Assembly (NCBI RefSeq): GCF_037042905.1
Contig: NC_087246.1
Span: 1,428,001-1,492,000, forward strand
Reading direction: 5' to 3'
Origin: Lytechinus pictus
Taxonomy: Eukaryota
Length of the DNA: 64,000 nucleotides
Shown here: positions 12,001-26,102 of the stretch, in pieces
Numbering within the stretch: position 1 is the first letter of the stretch
Layout: every line of letters begins with the position of its first letter
Notes under the pieces: generated by a model
Told to the model about the DNA's origin: nothing
The model's input: the letters and a program-made list of their open reading frames with translations, nothing else
Databases searched by the model: none
Translations under genes and position numbers: made by a program

Positions 12001-15000
12001 CGACTCCTTATATTTCTTCATATCTACCACCTTCTATTAATTCAGATTTCACAACTCCACAGAGACATTTCATCAAGGTTTACAGTATTTATCCATTGCA
12101 TAAACATAATATCCTTGGGGGACTCATTAACTAAACAGTTATTCCTCGTTATACTCAAGGACACTTTACAAATTAACCAAAACTGACATCAATTTTTCTC
12201 AGTGCCAATGCCCATACCAACTCTTGCACATCCATGTGACTGTAGTATGGTCACGTGGATCTTTAAACTGCTTTATAATAAATGGAGATTAGAGAATTTA
12301 TGTATTTTTTTCTTTCTTTGAACAAATTATGTAAATGTCAAGTCAAAGTGTAATAATCATTTAAGAATACAGATAGAGACTTGGTATCTTGGCTCTGAGA
12401 TTCCGCTATTGAAATAATTTATTTTTTTAATCCAGAATGAAATGAATAAGAAAAAATTAATTCAAGTTTCTTTGAAAAATCAAGTTAACATGAATTCCTT
12501 TAGAGGAAAGGTAATAGAATTGTACATTGTAGTTTCCAGTGGGTAGTTTCCAGTTCATCGTTCAGGTCTAATGTCCAAGTACGATGTTCAGAGTTATCTT
12601 AACTTTAAATAACTGTAGGTAGACTTTGGGTGAAATTGAGACACAATTTGTCAAAGTAATTTGTTTTTACAGCTGACTGGCTATAGATCAAAACTGGGCT
12701 GGATGCTATCTTTCTGATCCTATCTGAAAACTCATTAACATCACAACACTCTCCCTCTCATTACTTATTGATCACTTACTCTACTGCTTTTATCAACAAT
12801 TCTTCCAATATTCAATCTTATTCCATATCCAAGAAAGAATGAATGTATAGTATTTGTATGTTAGTTTTTTTCATTCACATACAGGCTTGGCTGTACAATA
12901 CATTATCACATCTTTCCATGGTTTCGTGACAAGAGATGTGAAATAAATGAATTAGAATTGGAATTTGAATTCTAGTGTTAAACAACTAAAAGGTGGGGGG
13001 GGGGAACAAATTCATGTATGCATAAAGTTAAATGAGAGTGAATGTTAATTTAATTTACATGATGTTTCATGTACGTGTATGAGAGTGAAAAAATATTGTT
13101 GTCACAGAGCACACATAATGCATTATAAATTACAAAAAATCAGCCCATAGAAAGCGATGGGAGAGCTCTCATTTCTTTTGATATAGTGAGTCACAACTTC
13201 ATCATGCTATGGAACATACTGCCATGTAAGGTTCTGAAATCATTCCAGCTCTAAATTAATTATTTCTGCTGTTCATGTCCACAGCCTTTAGCCATACTAT
13301 TCGTGCTTGACAAAGACACATTGAAAAAACCTGGTATGTGCCTTATATCTTCAATGAACTCTCCTCATAGTGCATTAATGTTCAACTATTGTTTACACTC
13401 CAGAGGGTTTCAAGGGTTGCTTAGCAACAGCACTTACTTGCGAGCAGTCACACAGAGCTCGAATGCCAATTCTGTCAACATTTGGAGGCATTTTTTGTTA
13501 TAAGAACAAGCTTGTTAAAGAGTAAAAGTGGAGTACCCTAAGGTTATTTTCTAGGTTCCCTTTTCTTTGGAAGTGCGAGCTCTCAAGAGGTTAATTACTG
13601 GATCTGAACTGCTATGACAAGTATTAAAATGAAGGTGATTTTGTTCATGTCCTGCTTCCCCCTCCCTTAGTAATTAAAATCAAAGAAATGAAATAAAACA
13701 AAATTTGATTGATCCATGCTCGACTTCTTCAAAGAAACAAACATGGAAATCAATTACACGGGACACTGTATCCTCATCTGTCAGTTAGTAACACTCGCTT
13801 TCATTCACCATGACTTTTGACAAACAAAAATCATTTTGTTTTAACAAAACCCTCCCATCCAAAAAAAAGGCTTTTCTTTAATGAAAATATAAAAAGGGCA
13901 GAGTCAGTAAAATATTATACATAATCATCTGATAAAAATATTCTAAATTACATGGACTTGAAATAAATCTTGATTGGCTGTCGTAAGTGACCAGTCTCTT
14001 ATCTGAAATCAATTTTCAACCCTACAGAATTATTACAAAGGATTTCAAACCCTGTAGCTTTTAATTAAAAGGTTTTAATCTAAATAAATCCAGTGTTCGG
14101 CTGATTACTGCTGTATGTTCACAGCAAATCTGGATATTTTGAATCTATGATATTTAGTGTGTAAGGTTAACTTATCACAATGTTATAATTCTGCATCCAT
14201 CCTGAACCCCCCCCCCCCCCATTTCTTGAGCATGCTGACATCATTAATTCATTTTTCATTAATTTTATTCATAATATGAATGCACATTTATTAAACCCTT
14301 TTAAATATTTCTCTAGAATATTTGCAATATTTGATTACTTTTTTATTCTAACGTCTACTTTGAATAAAATCAACCCATTGACTTTGTTGAATTGATTTAA
14401 AAAAATCTGATGTGAAATGAAATGGAACACTGGCTCCATTCAGAAAGAAGAAAAAGGAGGGATGTGATCTATTCATAACAACTGTTGGATGTGAACTTCA
14501 CAAAATAAATGCAGAATCATCAGAAAACTTGGCAGAGTTTTGAATGTAAACTGGATAGGCCACCTGTTCAAGGTTGATACCAAATTAAAGTTAACAACCA
14601 AACTGGTTCAACAAAATATAATTTCCCTGTAAACTCTTGCGATGGAAAAACAGGTTCGTAGGTCGACATATTTTATTGCGTTTGACACAACTAACCACTC
14701 TGTAACAATAATCTCTTTAAAGAAAATGCCTTTGATGGGTAGGATGATGAGATCAATGAATTATTGAAAACTTTAACATCTTAATGAAAAATGATTTTCA
14801 ATAAAACAAAAGAGAGGGTTTGAATAGCAGTCTAATCATCAAAGTTTTAGTGAATATCAGCCCATCTCCTCAGCATTGTATCTCTAAAGACCACGCGAAC
14901 CAAATTTCCACTTGTAAATCCTGTCATCCATGAGCCAATTTCAGCAATTTACATTGGAAAAGCGTTACCAGGGTCTTTATTCTATCACGAGTGGCTCAAA

Positions 15001-16039
15001 TTTGGAGGCTATTGAATCTATGACCACTTACGGTAAATGGAAAGAACTGCAATTTGTGCAGGAATCGAGGTAGTGCTCGGTGATACAAGGAAATGATGGT
15101 TACATCGGTTTCAGAGGAAAGAAAGAAGACATGACCAAGGGGAAATTAGATGGCATTAGATGAGTCAGGAAGCTTTATAGTAAACTAGTCTTACCCATCC
15201 AGGATTACAATCATTCAACTCAGACACAGCTATACTGTTCATGTACAATGTACGTCAGCTGAGCAATGTTATCTCTATTCAGTGGTCTCGTAATCACTAT
15301 CTAAATTAGCTTTATACAGGCAGTATTTCTATACCACATTTTGAATTTCAAATAACAGATTTGAGTTCTTAATTCTTAATGTACGAATGAAGTAAAATAA
15401 ATGAATGTCAATCAAGTGTATGTCAAAAGGATTTCTTACAGGTCTATTCAAAGGCGGTAATTAGATTTAACACAACGACGAACACATGGATTATATTATC
15501 TAAAATTTAGGTCTTCTATTCCTTAGCAAATTATGTTTTCAAATTCACTGAACAATAATAAACATTTAACGAGTTAATGAATGCAGAAAGAAATAAAAAA
15601 AATGTAGAAACAAATTCAATAAAAGCACCATTTTAGGAACGACTTTTAACTTGGTATTATAACATACATGTAAACTTCTAAAATGAAATCTATGCAGTTG
15701 CATTGCAAGCAGATATTTCTGTCTGAGCAATCCGGGTGTTACACTTGTAAATGTTTCCAGGGATAGATGTAAATTAATTATCACATCAGTAAATTAAATA
15801 TCCTAGCATTGCGGTTTGAGTGGCAAGATAAGAAATGTCATGCTGCAATTCACTGTCAAGCATGAGCAGATAGTCGGTCTACATGAAATCAAATAAACTT
15901 TAACATGTCTGCATGGAATCGTACATACATGTACTGTACGTGGATGTAAGTCTCATCTTACATTTAGAGGTAGGCATATCTGTATGCAGGCAATCAGCTC
16001 TTAGGTACGAAAATCAGTATTTAGTGTTAAAAAAAGGAT

Positions 16040-16201
16040 CAGGGCTCCGTAACACATAGATTAGCGATCAATCGCTAAATGAAATGACCAATCAATATCA
16101 ATATTACACGCGCATTTGGTTCAAAATTTTGACCAGGAACCAATCAGTGCGCTTCTTTCATATTTGCTATTCATCGCAAACCTTTGTGTTACGGAGCCCT
16201 G
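16040..16201. mobile_element. MITE with 17-bp perfect TIRs (PIF/Harbinger-like)
   Basis: cagggctccgtaacaca ... tgtgttacggagccctg. Confidence 0.75.
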
Positions 16202-16487
16202 GTCAGTTTCTGATTGTTAGAAAAAGCTTTTACTATGTATACAGTTTTATACAAAAAAATGCTACAGAAAATAATTGTGTAGCATTTACACGTATAAAAA
16301 AAGTGGAGCAAATTGTATTGCGATACCCGGAAAATTATTGATTACTCACAACTTCAAAGAATCATAACTTTTTCTTTTTAATAAAAGTTTAATTCTATTA
16401 ACAGTCTGTTACAGATATCAGGGTAAACTTTACTTTCCCTTTAACACAAACTTCAAGTTTATGTAATTTTCAGATAGCTTCACTTAC

Positions 16488-16590
16488 CAATGGTAAGGCC
16501 ATGACCAGAATGACGTTACCAATACACTTTAATTTCTCATCAAAACATAAACTCAGATTGACAGAGGGTATGCGTGTAACCTATTTATAG
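16488..16590 (-). promoter_or_regulatory. Candidate TATA+Inr promoter and short alternative first exon (M-A-L-P-L) inside the kinase intron
   Basis: Minus strand: TATAAAT 16589-16583; Inr-like TCAATCT with its A at 16559, 30 nt downstream; gtcATGG at 16502; phase-0 donor TTG|GTAAGT at 16488/16487. Confidence 0.4.
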
Positions 16591-18557
16591 AACAGACAGC
16601 GATTTGTTTGGAATTTCCTATATTTCCTGTTTCAAGCAGACATGATATCCTAATATTCGAAGGTGATCAATGGATATCATGGAAGTTTTTTTTAATAGCC
16701 TAATATGTATGTTTTTAGGTTCAATAACTTCATATTCATCAGGAAAATATTGAACATGAGATTCAGGTTGCACTTATACACTTCTGCCTTTCTTACACAT
16801 GTCTCTAGCTCTGTGTATGATTGTTACTGTTTCTGTTGCGGCGACACATTCCAGAGCTCTGCTCTATTTGCGAATTTTTTATAATGAAATAATTGTGATA
16901 TCTTATTTAGCGCACACACCATCTAGAGACGCTCATGGCGCTAGCCCAGCAACAGTTCCTTTGGATATACAAACAACAACAAATATAAATGTAAACGAGT
17001 ATAAAAAAGAGAGTGAGAATACAACCTAGTACATAATTTTAGAATTTAAAAAAGAACAGTTAATTGCATCACCCACCGGAATTCCTAGCTACATCCTGGT
17101 GGGGGCTGGTGCCCTCCTACTTGCTGCTCCGTTCACCGACAATTATTCTTGGTTTTCCTTTTTGCAAGCCTTTGAGGCTTTTTGGGACAACTTTTTTTTT
17201 CTTTCATTAATTTTATCTAATCTCATCATCTTAGTGTTTCATGATATTTAAATGTAGGATATTTGTATGTTTTTACTTGTATACGGTATATTATTGAAAG
17301 AAATAATTGAGAGTATTTTCACTCTCCCTCAACTCAACTCAAAACAGTATCGTTAATTGAATTTTCCAACTGATTCAAGTTACATTGTAGTTACATCATC
17401 TGATTGTATTAATGTCATTTTTATAAACAAAAATAATTCTCTTTGAAAGGTGAAACACAATTCTGAAATCAACAGATGTTGCACAAAGTGGATTCTGCTT
17501 CATCTGACTAAACCCTGTCAAATAATTCCATTTATAAAATACGAAGGGAAAATGTTATAGCTCCACTTCAACTGTAGGTTCCTCTCCTTAATACACTACA
17601 CTCAAATACACTTGGAAATTTGCTCACTTCTTGGGTACAAAGTCTGCATATTGTATTTAATTGAAGCAAAACATGTCTTCCCTTTAAACACTATCCTCAA
17701 ATGAACTTAGAAATCAAGAGAACTATATGCCATGCATATAATGTATTGGATGCCAAATGATTGTATGTGAGTCATTTGATGAGGTTGGTATTAATGGTTT
17801 CATTTTTAAAACTGTGGTTTCTGAGGTACAGTGTACATAACAACCATAACAACCATCACATCAAATACCATTATCACCTAACAGACAGGAGCTTACTTAG
17901 TAATACTTTGTAGTACATGTAGTATCAATATTTTTAATTATTATTACTTCAATGTGACTAAAATGATCCAAGGTACATGTAAGTGAGCAATGGAAGGGAG
18001 CAAGAAAGACAGATATTAGACAGAAGGGGGGGGGGGGTAGGGAGATACAGACATTTACATGTAGGTAGAGAAACATTGAACTATATCAGACTACCAGGTC
18101 CAGGTAGCAAATTAATTTATCTTTTTATATATTTGTGATTCCTTTATAATCCAAGAAGAGTGTGTTTTATTTCTGCATGTAGGCACATTTGATATACATG
18201 TATACTGACACCATCGTTTAAAATCACAATGTCCAATACTGACTACTGACCTTTAATTTGTTAATGACCATGAATAATTTTTTGGCCATGGGGTCTCTCT
18301 TCAGAATGCATAATGTACTTCATTCATGTGAGTCATTATTCACAATGTGTTACTTTCTTCACTATTATAAAATACTCCTACCTCACTGTCACAGTTCAAA
18401 AAAAGAAAGAATACACAGTCAACAGAATATAGACTTTGCCAAGAACATCATGGACTGTTTCCCGATTCAGAGAAGAAGAGTGAATGCCATTGTGCCAAGA
18501 AACGTATCATTTAGAATGGCAAGGAATTGGCAGGCAGCAGTTGAATGTCAAAAATAT

Positions 18558-20209
18558 CAGGGACTCGATTTTAAGGCGCGCGAGAGCGATCGCGCGCTAC
18601 ATGCGCGCCTTAATCCATTTTTGGTAGCGCGATTAATAGCGCGCCTCGCGATAGCTGACCTGCGCGAAAATGCCCAAAGTCGCCCTCGAAATCACCCAAA
18701 ATCATGCTTTCGGGGGCGACATAAAATCTGAATGTCGCCCCCGAAATTATTGCAGAGTGATAACAACTCAACGGCCCACTAGTGCCATATGCTCGAGCTC
18801 CGCTTACCATTTAAAAACCATCCAAAATCCACACTCAAAATCACGAATAAGCCTTAAAAGTAGCGAGTAGCGCAGTTTCAAATTCCGAAGTTGCGTTATT
18901 TTTTCTGTACCACGTATTTCCATACACATGGTACCAGGTATGGAAAAAAAAATCAACGCAACGGTCGGGAAAGAGTTGCATGTATAGGGGTCCATTATGA
19001 CTACCACCGTGTGCCATTTCGAATGCACATGTTTCCCCTACAGATATCACAATTCTGTGATAAAATAATTCGAATTACACAGGAAATAAATCCCAGAGTC
19101 TAGTAACCTAGCATTGGTGAGTTGTCATTCGGCTTTGCTTTTCAAAACGGCTTATTAACTTCCAAAATAAGTTATCTAATTTATCAATTATAACTAAAAA
19201 ATCATTTGTTTTCTTTTTCTAGGGGATGAGGTATTATATCAGACAATAAATCATCAAACAAAGCTCCATCTTTTTTACAAGGACGGCGGCAGGCTCACGC
19301 ATTGGCGCTTTTACTAGCTAGCCAGTTGGAGCTCTGTCTCTCTGCCAGAGCTCTGGGGGACAATTCGCTCAGTAAAGGCCTCAATGATGGTGATTTTCTG
19401 TTTCAGACAGAGTTTACATTTCAGGAATATTATTCAAAACTGCCAATAAAGTTTGATGATTTCTTCATTGTCATGTATATTTAAGTTCTTAATGAATACA
19501 TTCTCACCAAATTTAGACTCCCCCATAGAGAAATTAAATTTTCATGGAGATCTGCGTTTTCAAAGAACTTCAGGAAAAGTTAGGGTATGTGATGGGCCTT
19601 TATTACATGTACTGTACGACTAGGTCTAGGGTATTGTACTGGAATAAATGGAGTAGAAATTAGATATTGAATTCATTTATATCCAAGTCCAACTCACAGT
19701 CACACACACACGCACACACCCACACACACCCACCCATCCACACACACCCACATCCAAGATTCTAAACATGATAAATAACTTTAAAAATCATACAATATTA
19801 AACAAAAGTAATAATTCCTTAATAAGTGAACAGGTATTCCTCAAAATACAAAAAAATAGCATTTAAAAAGAGCCCCCGAAATTTGACAAAAAAATTAAAA
19901 TGGAGCCCCCGAAAAAAAAAAAAAAAAAGTTTTGACTTAACTTTTAGCCAAAGTCAAAACCTAACTAAAACAGGTTTTACAACACACAATCTAATTACAA
20001 TACATTGTAAAACAATTATAAATACTTCCTTTGGTTGTTGATTGTAATTTTATAGTACATACATTTCCTCCATCCATTTTGTTAATTGGGCAAAAAGCTC
20101 CCCTTGTATGTTGAAGAAGAGCTTTTTGAAGTGCTCCTCTACCGCTCTCCTTAAAAGTTCTAGGAGAGCTTTTTATTGCTCCCCTTATAATTATAAAACC
20201 GAGTCCCTG
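18558..20209. mobile_element. Non-autonomous hAT-like element with 6-bp TSD
   Basis: TIRs cagggactcgatttta / taaaaccgagtccctg. TSD aaatat at 18552-18557 and 20210-20215. CpG-rich left part; internal (CA)n at ~19700-19750. Confidence 0.8.
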
Positions 20210-20870
20210 AAATATACTATTGTCTATTCTATTATGTACATTTCAGATTAGTATGTTTACTCATATACTTTTTAATGCAATGTTAGAGTACTCTGTCCGC
20301 AGTATTAGTAGCATGGGGTTTTCTTTATTGATTAGATCCTTAGTTAAAGGGCACTTACAATGTACTTTCATACATAAATCATTCAAACATATAACAACTT
20401 GTCTACAGCTCATAGATCTGACTATTAAATGTTCATTTATATTCCCCTCTATTGCTTGAACAGTCAGAGGAACATTCTAGTATAGTGATTTTAAAATCTA
20501 TGTTTCTATATTTTAATACCATGCCCATAGACACAGTGTATACTCTAAAAGAACAATCTATTTAAATTTGATGAGATACCTTGATATCAGAGAAACACTA
20601 TAAGATTTATATTTTTAATAAACAATTCTTGTGAATCGATTTTAAGGATTATATAAAATGACAAGATTCTTGTCTCTTTGGCAAGTTTTTTTTTCCAACA
20701 GAAATTACTGTTTTCTAGTATATTGGTACATTGTAATACCATTTCTATAATTCAGCTTTAAGTTGTTTTTTTGCTTTTGTGAAAAATTCATTTAGGCATT
20801 TGCTTTACCAATTAGTACTTTCTTTGATTGTATTATGTTTGAAATGTTGTTATCTTGTTGTGGAAACTAA

Positions 20871-21147
20871 TATAAATAAATATAATAATATAGGATTTGT
20901 ATAGCGCACGTATCCACCTTGCTAGGTGCTCCTATATTACCCCGGCTAAGCTAGTCTACCGATTCTTGTGCGCACAGCTTTTTGAGGAATTACTTCCTGC
21001 CGGTACCCATTTACCTCACCTGGGTCGAGTGCAGCACAGTGTGGATAAATTTCTTGCTGAAGGAAAACATGCCATGGCTAGGATTTGAACCCACGACCTT
21101 CTGTCTGAAAGGCGAGAGTCAGATCCACTAGACCACGACGCGTCCAC
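20871..21147 (-). mobile_element. tRNA-derived SINE, family A, full length
   Basis: Minus strand: A-box TGGTCTAGTGG, B-box GGTTCAAATCC, core ctcgacccaggtgaggtaaatgggtaccgg, 3' gcgctatacaaatcc followed by a (TAT)n tail. Confidence 0.85.
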
Positions 21148-23030
21148 AACGCGTAATATGAAATTAAATGAAACAAATATCTCATTAAATTACCAGTTGA
21201 TTGCTTATTAAGAGTATGGCAGGTTATTGTAATTTAATTTGCCAACATTTCTGCTCCCTTTTAGTATCCCACTTTTGTAGTTCTAAATAATTCCAGGTTT
21301 AATCTCCTACCATGTTGGCTATAACATGAACCCCATACATGACTAATGTTTCCTTCTCTTTGCTAACAATCAAAGTTTTTCTTTCAGATCATGTGACTTA
21401 TCACAGATTAAAGAGATTAACAGGGTTTTCCTCGTTTTCTTTCCACTGAATATTTTTTTTAAATAGTGAGTGATGTGATTAAAAAGTGCTAATAATAAAT
21501 TTGAGGGATTATCAGCCGGTACTTGAACTTCAACTAAGCCTTACAGTAGCCATATATAACAGAGGTGCACAAACTGATATATTGAATGAACTAGAGTTTA
21601 TTCTCACGTGATGAAGAAAACACTATAAAAGGACTGGATGAGTGGGGGCATTTAGACAACAAAGGTTTCATGTAAGATATGAATTCAATTTCAAAAAGAA
21701 AGAGAGCATGTCAAAAGCATAATATGTGTGAGACATTCATCCCCATCCCTCTTTAATTGTTACAATACAGTGTACATTTCTTTTAAAATGTACATTGTAG
21801 GCCAATACGATATAAATGAAGACCTGTCTTTTTTTGCAATCAAGATTACAGATACTTCTAACAATAGTATCCCAAAGTATATCTTTTATAAAGTCATAGT
21901 TTACATCTGGTGGTAAATGTAGACATGTTTTATAAGCACAATATATAATTTTAAAGACCCTTTTATTTTGCCATAAACCAATAGTATTACAGTGCATATC
22001 TGTCTGAACAGCATCATAAAAGTTTCTGTTGCAGTAGAAAAGTTTTTCCCCTTGATTGCCCCAACCCCTGTGAATTGATTTCCTTCCTAGTTCCTCCCTT
22101 GATAACTAAAGTGAGATCAAGGTGAAATAGAAACCATAATGTTCAACAAATCACTGGGTCATTTCTCTCCTCGAGATAAAGGGACATCCTTCAAACATTG
22201 AGTGTAAACCCTGAACTGTAAACAGAGCATATCAAAACAGAAAAATGCAATCGAAATGTACACTGTTTATATTATGTAACTGATGTTATATTCATGATTA
22301 CGATGGAAAACCCCAAAAGAGAAATTATTCATAAAAACCAGGGTTGCAATCCCAATTTTTGTCAAATTTTTCAGACACTGTTCAGTATGATTTTGAGTTG
22401 TGGGATAATGGGAGAGATTATTAATATTTCTTGCCCAGTTGACAAGGAAATACAACTTTGCCCATAACTTAAAAAAAGGAAGAGGAGGAAAAAAGGAGAA
22501 ATGCATAATGAATAAGAGAAAGAACACAAGGAGAGGGGGGAGGGTTTGCAAAGCAGCAATAACTATTTCTTATAATCTTAATTTGGTTTTCACAGACATT
22601 AGTACTCCCTTGGTATTAATATTCCCTCCCAAAAAGGATTACTCTGGCTTTTCCACATTCTAAATTTCAATCTAAAAATAATTATGTCCTTTGCAATACA
22701 CATCCCACAATCCAGGAGTCCTTTATAAGTTTATTGACATTATCAAGTTCCTTTTATGAAGGTTACTACGCCAATAGAATCTCAATATATTGCAATGTCA
22801 ATATGACAGGTTAGGCATACCAATCATTATTTACATTCAACTTATGGTATACAGGTATGAATCAATACTGACAGTGTGTGCATTAAAGAAGTGCATGATA
22901 TGATGATCAAATATAGGAGTGATGATTATTACACTTGTAAATGAATTTACGATCTTGAAAATTCAGACACACATGTACATGTATGTTTGTACATGACCTC
23001 AATAATTATGGAAAGAAAAGTCATATTATT

Positions 23031-23380
23031 AATAATCATAATAATCTGCTTTTATATATAGCGCTAATACATCAGAACGAAAGTGCTTTACAGATCTTAT
23101 AACCCCTTGTCATCGAATTCAATCAGTCATTCCCACACACAATGTGTGCACATCCTCCACTCCCTGGGGAGTATTCCAGTCAGTCGCCAGTGAGGCGCAC
23201 ACAGTACTGGACAAGCTACAATGACTTTCACATCCTACCGGGTACCCATTTAGTACCTGGGACGAGAGTGTCAAAGTGTGGATTAACGCCTTGCCAAAGG
23301 ACGCCAGACGCGATGGGATTCGAACACACGACCCTCTGTTTACAAGGCGAGAGTCAGAACCACTAAACCACTGCTCCTCC
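23031..23380 (-). mobile_element. tRNA-derived SINE, family B, full length
   Basis: Minus strand: A-box TGGTTTAGTGG, B-box GTTCGAATCC, core cccaggtactaaatgggtacccgg, 3' gcgctatatataaaagcagattatt tail. Confidence 0.85.
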
Positions 23381-24684
23381 ACTATTGATTGATAAAAGGA
23401 CACAAACTAAACATTTAAAACAAATAACATAACGTCATCTATTTGTGTTTTAAATAATCTTGTTTTGGATATATCCTGAAACATACCGTACCTGTAAAGG
23501 TGGAAAATGATTATAACTAATGGACTTTCAATGTACAATCTCTAGAACATGTACATTTATAAGGAGAAGATTAGGAGGGACAATGCTATTTCGTTTTTTA
23601 CTTACTATCTAGGCAAAGCATTGAATACATTAGGTAGGCTTTGATGATTGATTGGGAATTATTAGATGCTTTCTCTCTAAGACGCATGATGTAGGAGGTG
23701 GATCAAACCCACAATGCAATGCCTTAAAGGCAAGAAAACAGAAGACTTGTGAAGGGTAAGGACGGAAATGAGGCTTACCGCAGGCTAGGTTTTAATGTAA
23801 TTACACCCAACATAGAAGTAAAGGTCGGTTTACTCCATGAACTTTATAATGTCGGTGAAACACACTAAGCTCATGGATTTCCTCGCCTGAGCAAGTTCAA
23901 ACTTTGATGGATTCTCCATTGGTCATTATAATGTTGGGCATTTTTAGGCAGTCTAAATCTTCCAAATCAATGTATCCAAGCTAGTTATTCTATTCCATTA
24001 AGTCATTTCACACCACATTGGTACGTGATTGTTAGACCATTTTAAAGATATAATTTCACAGTAATACAAAATTCCCAAAGGTATGCATGCTGAAGTATTT
24101 CTTGCCTCTTTTATGCATTGGGGAAAAAATTACTTTTGACAGCTTAATATCAACAGGATTTCTTCAATTACAATCACCAGTTAAAGACACTTTACTGTGT
24201 TTTACAATTTAATGAAAGCATGTATGCTTATAAGACCCACCCGTCTGGTGTATTAGGAGGGCGTATCTTATGTTTTATAGTCGTAATGTTTCCTTCAAAT
24301 CTTATATGTGAGTGAAAAGGAACTCAAGAAATTTGCTTTAAATCTATTCTTTACAAAATCTTCGAACATTTTCTTCCCTGTTATGTTAAATTTATTTTTG
24401 TGGGTTCATCATACTGTTTTGGTCAAACACATTCTCTCCCTATCATACTTTTTCCAGTTAGGTTCATAAATCAATTGTTATGACTTTCATAAATGTAGTG
24501 CCCTTAAGAAGAACATGGGTAGTTGTTGCAATGGATTCATCTCTATTCAAATCCTGTGTCCATAAACATAAATTGATTACCATCAACTCTTTAGGTATGT
24601 AAGAAACTAATAGTAATACAATTCATATAAAATCATAAAACTGGTATCAATCCATAGGACTGATTGTACATGTATATCTTTTAA

Positions 24685-25265
24685 GGGAATGAAACCTTTG
24701 GAAAATGTAGATTTGTGTGGAAACAGAAAAGTCAAAGAATAAGAACAAAGAAAATTTGAGAAAAATCAGACAAATAATGAGAAAGTTATGAGCATTTGAA
24801 TATTGCGATCACTAATGCTATGGAGATCCTCCAATGGCAATGCGACAAAGATGTGTGAATTCAAATGTGAACAACTTTGGACTATAAAATTCGCCCAAAA
24901 TACCACTTTTTGCCTTTCTTATCGTGATATAAACTCTTTATCCATAATGTATTCTTTGAAAATTAGAATTACTGTACATGCCCTCCTATAGAAAGAATAC
25001 ATGACAGGATCTGCTGATAGATGTAATAAAAGAGGCAGTTTAAGTGAAATATATACATAAGTACTGGCAGAGTTGTTCACAAGTGACATCACACATCTTT
25101 GTCGCATTGCCAATAGGAGGATCTCCATAGCAATAGTGATCGCAATATTCAAGTGCTCATAACTTTCTCATTATTTGTCTGATTTCTTTCAAACTTTCAT
25201 TCATCTCTTTCTTTTATTTTTCTGTTTTCACACAAGCTATCTTGTTCCAAAGGTTTTATTTTCCT
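24685..25265. mobile_element. Kolobok-like non-autonomous element with ~190-bp TIRs and TTAA TSD
   Basis: ttaa|gggaatgaaacctttgg ... ccaaaggttttattttcct|ttaa. Long inverted arms include aaagttatgagcatttgaatattgcgatcact. Related to 61078-61660. Confidence 0.8.
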
Positions 25266-25910
25266 TTAATGTTTGCAGCCCTGTTTTGTAAAGTGACATA
25301 GCCAATTACCCATGATGTATAACAGACCAACCAAGCTATTTGCATGGGATGTTAAAGCTGGATCATGGAACAGACGGTGATGGATGACAACATTGTCTCC
25401 AGAAGCATGCAAAACAGGTCAGATCTTGGTACATTGCACGCATACATGTAGAATCTCCTGTAGGTTCCAGGATGCTGTAACCCCTGTGAACAAGGCTTTT
25501 ACATGTACACATCCCATTACAGTTTATTTTGGAAGAGCTGCTTATGGGATAACTTCTTCAAAATTCCTGAAATGATACTTGATGTTACCTCTTTCAATAT
25601 CTTACACAGAAAATCATACTTGACCAAGCAAAAAGATTTTAATCCAACAGTTCATTCTTCCAAGGATATACTTCAAGGGGCCATGCAATCTGATCCAAGT
25701 TAATTCCTATTGATGCACAGTCCCGATTATAACTCATATGGGGAGCTTTATTAATTTATAGCACATTGAAAAATAGTCTTTCAAAAGTACTTTAAAACTC
25801 TATGAAACCTATTTAGATAATCAAATAAGAAAATATAAATTGCGATGATATAGTGCTTCAATGTGAATCAACTTGAATTTGTATAGTCCTTTCAAAACAC
25901 ATATTCTTAC

Positions 25911-26102
25911 CTTATACTCTTGTTCAGCACTCCTTGGATTGACTTCATATTCGGGTAAGAACATAGCCTCACTCTGAGGTACTGGCCAGGTAGTTCTTGA
26001 TGCAAGATAAGGGTCTGTTAGTGAGACTACACTCCTCCTCCTTCTTGACGTTCGAGACCATATCCTCTGGAAGCTATGATCACTAGAACTCCGACTTGGA
26101 AT
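25911..26102 (-). CDS. RSKR: RSKR/SGK494-like kinase, coding exon 2 (64 aa: IPSRSSSDHSFQRIWSRTSRRRRSVVSLTDPYLASRTTWPVPQSEAMFLPEYEVNPRSAEQEYK)
   Basis: Acceptor tctgtctttcag|ATT and donor AAG|gtaaga, 192 nt, phase 0/0, open frame. WPVPQxxxxFLPE matches the pre-kinase motif recalled from vertebrate RSKR/SGK494 (WPVPQFINLFLPEF). The kinase domain itself is not visible in the window. Confidence 0.75.

Noticed and set aside
18258..18731. 157-aa ORF
   Set aside because: Spans the junction of unique DNA and the 18558 element; non-ATG start; no domain.
21075..21147. tRNA genes at the SINE heads (also ~23310-23380, 31600-31625, 54930-55001)
   Set aside because: A/B boxes run directly into SINE bodies and tails; no clean cloverleaf with terminator.
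23774..23900. Minus-strand donor GCG|gtaagc as kinase exon 3
   Set aside because: Upstream frames checked contain stops and no kinase motif.
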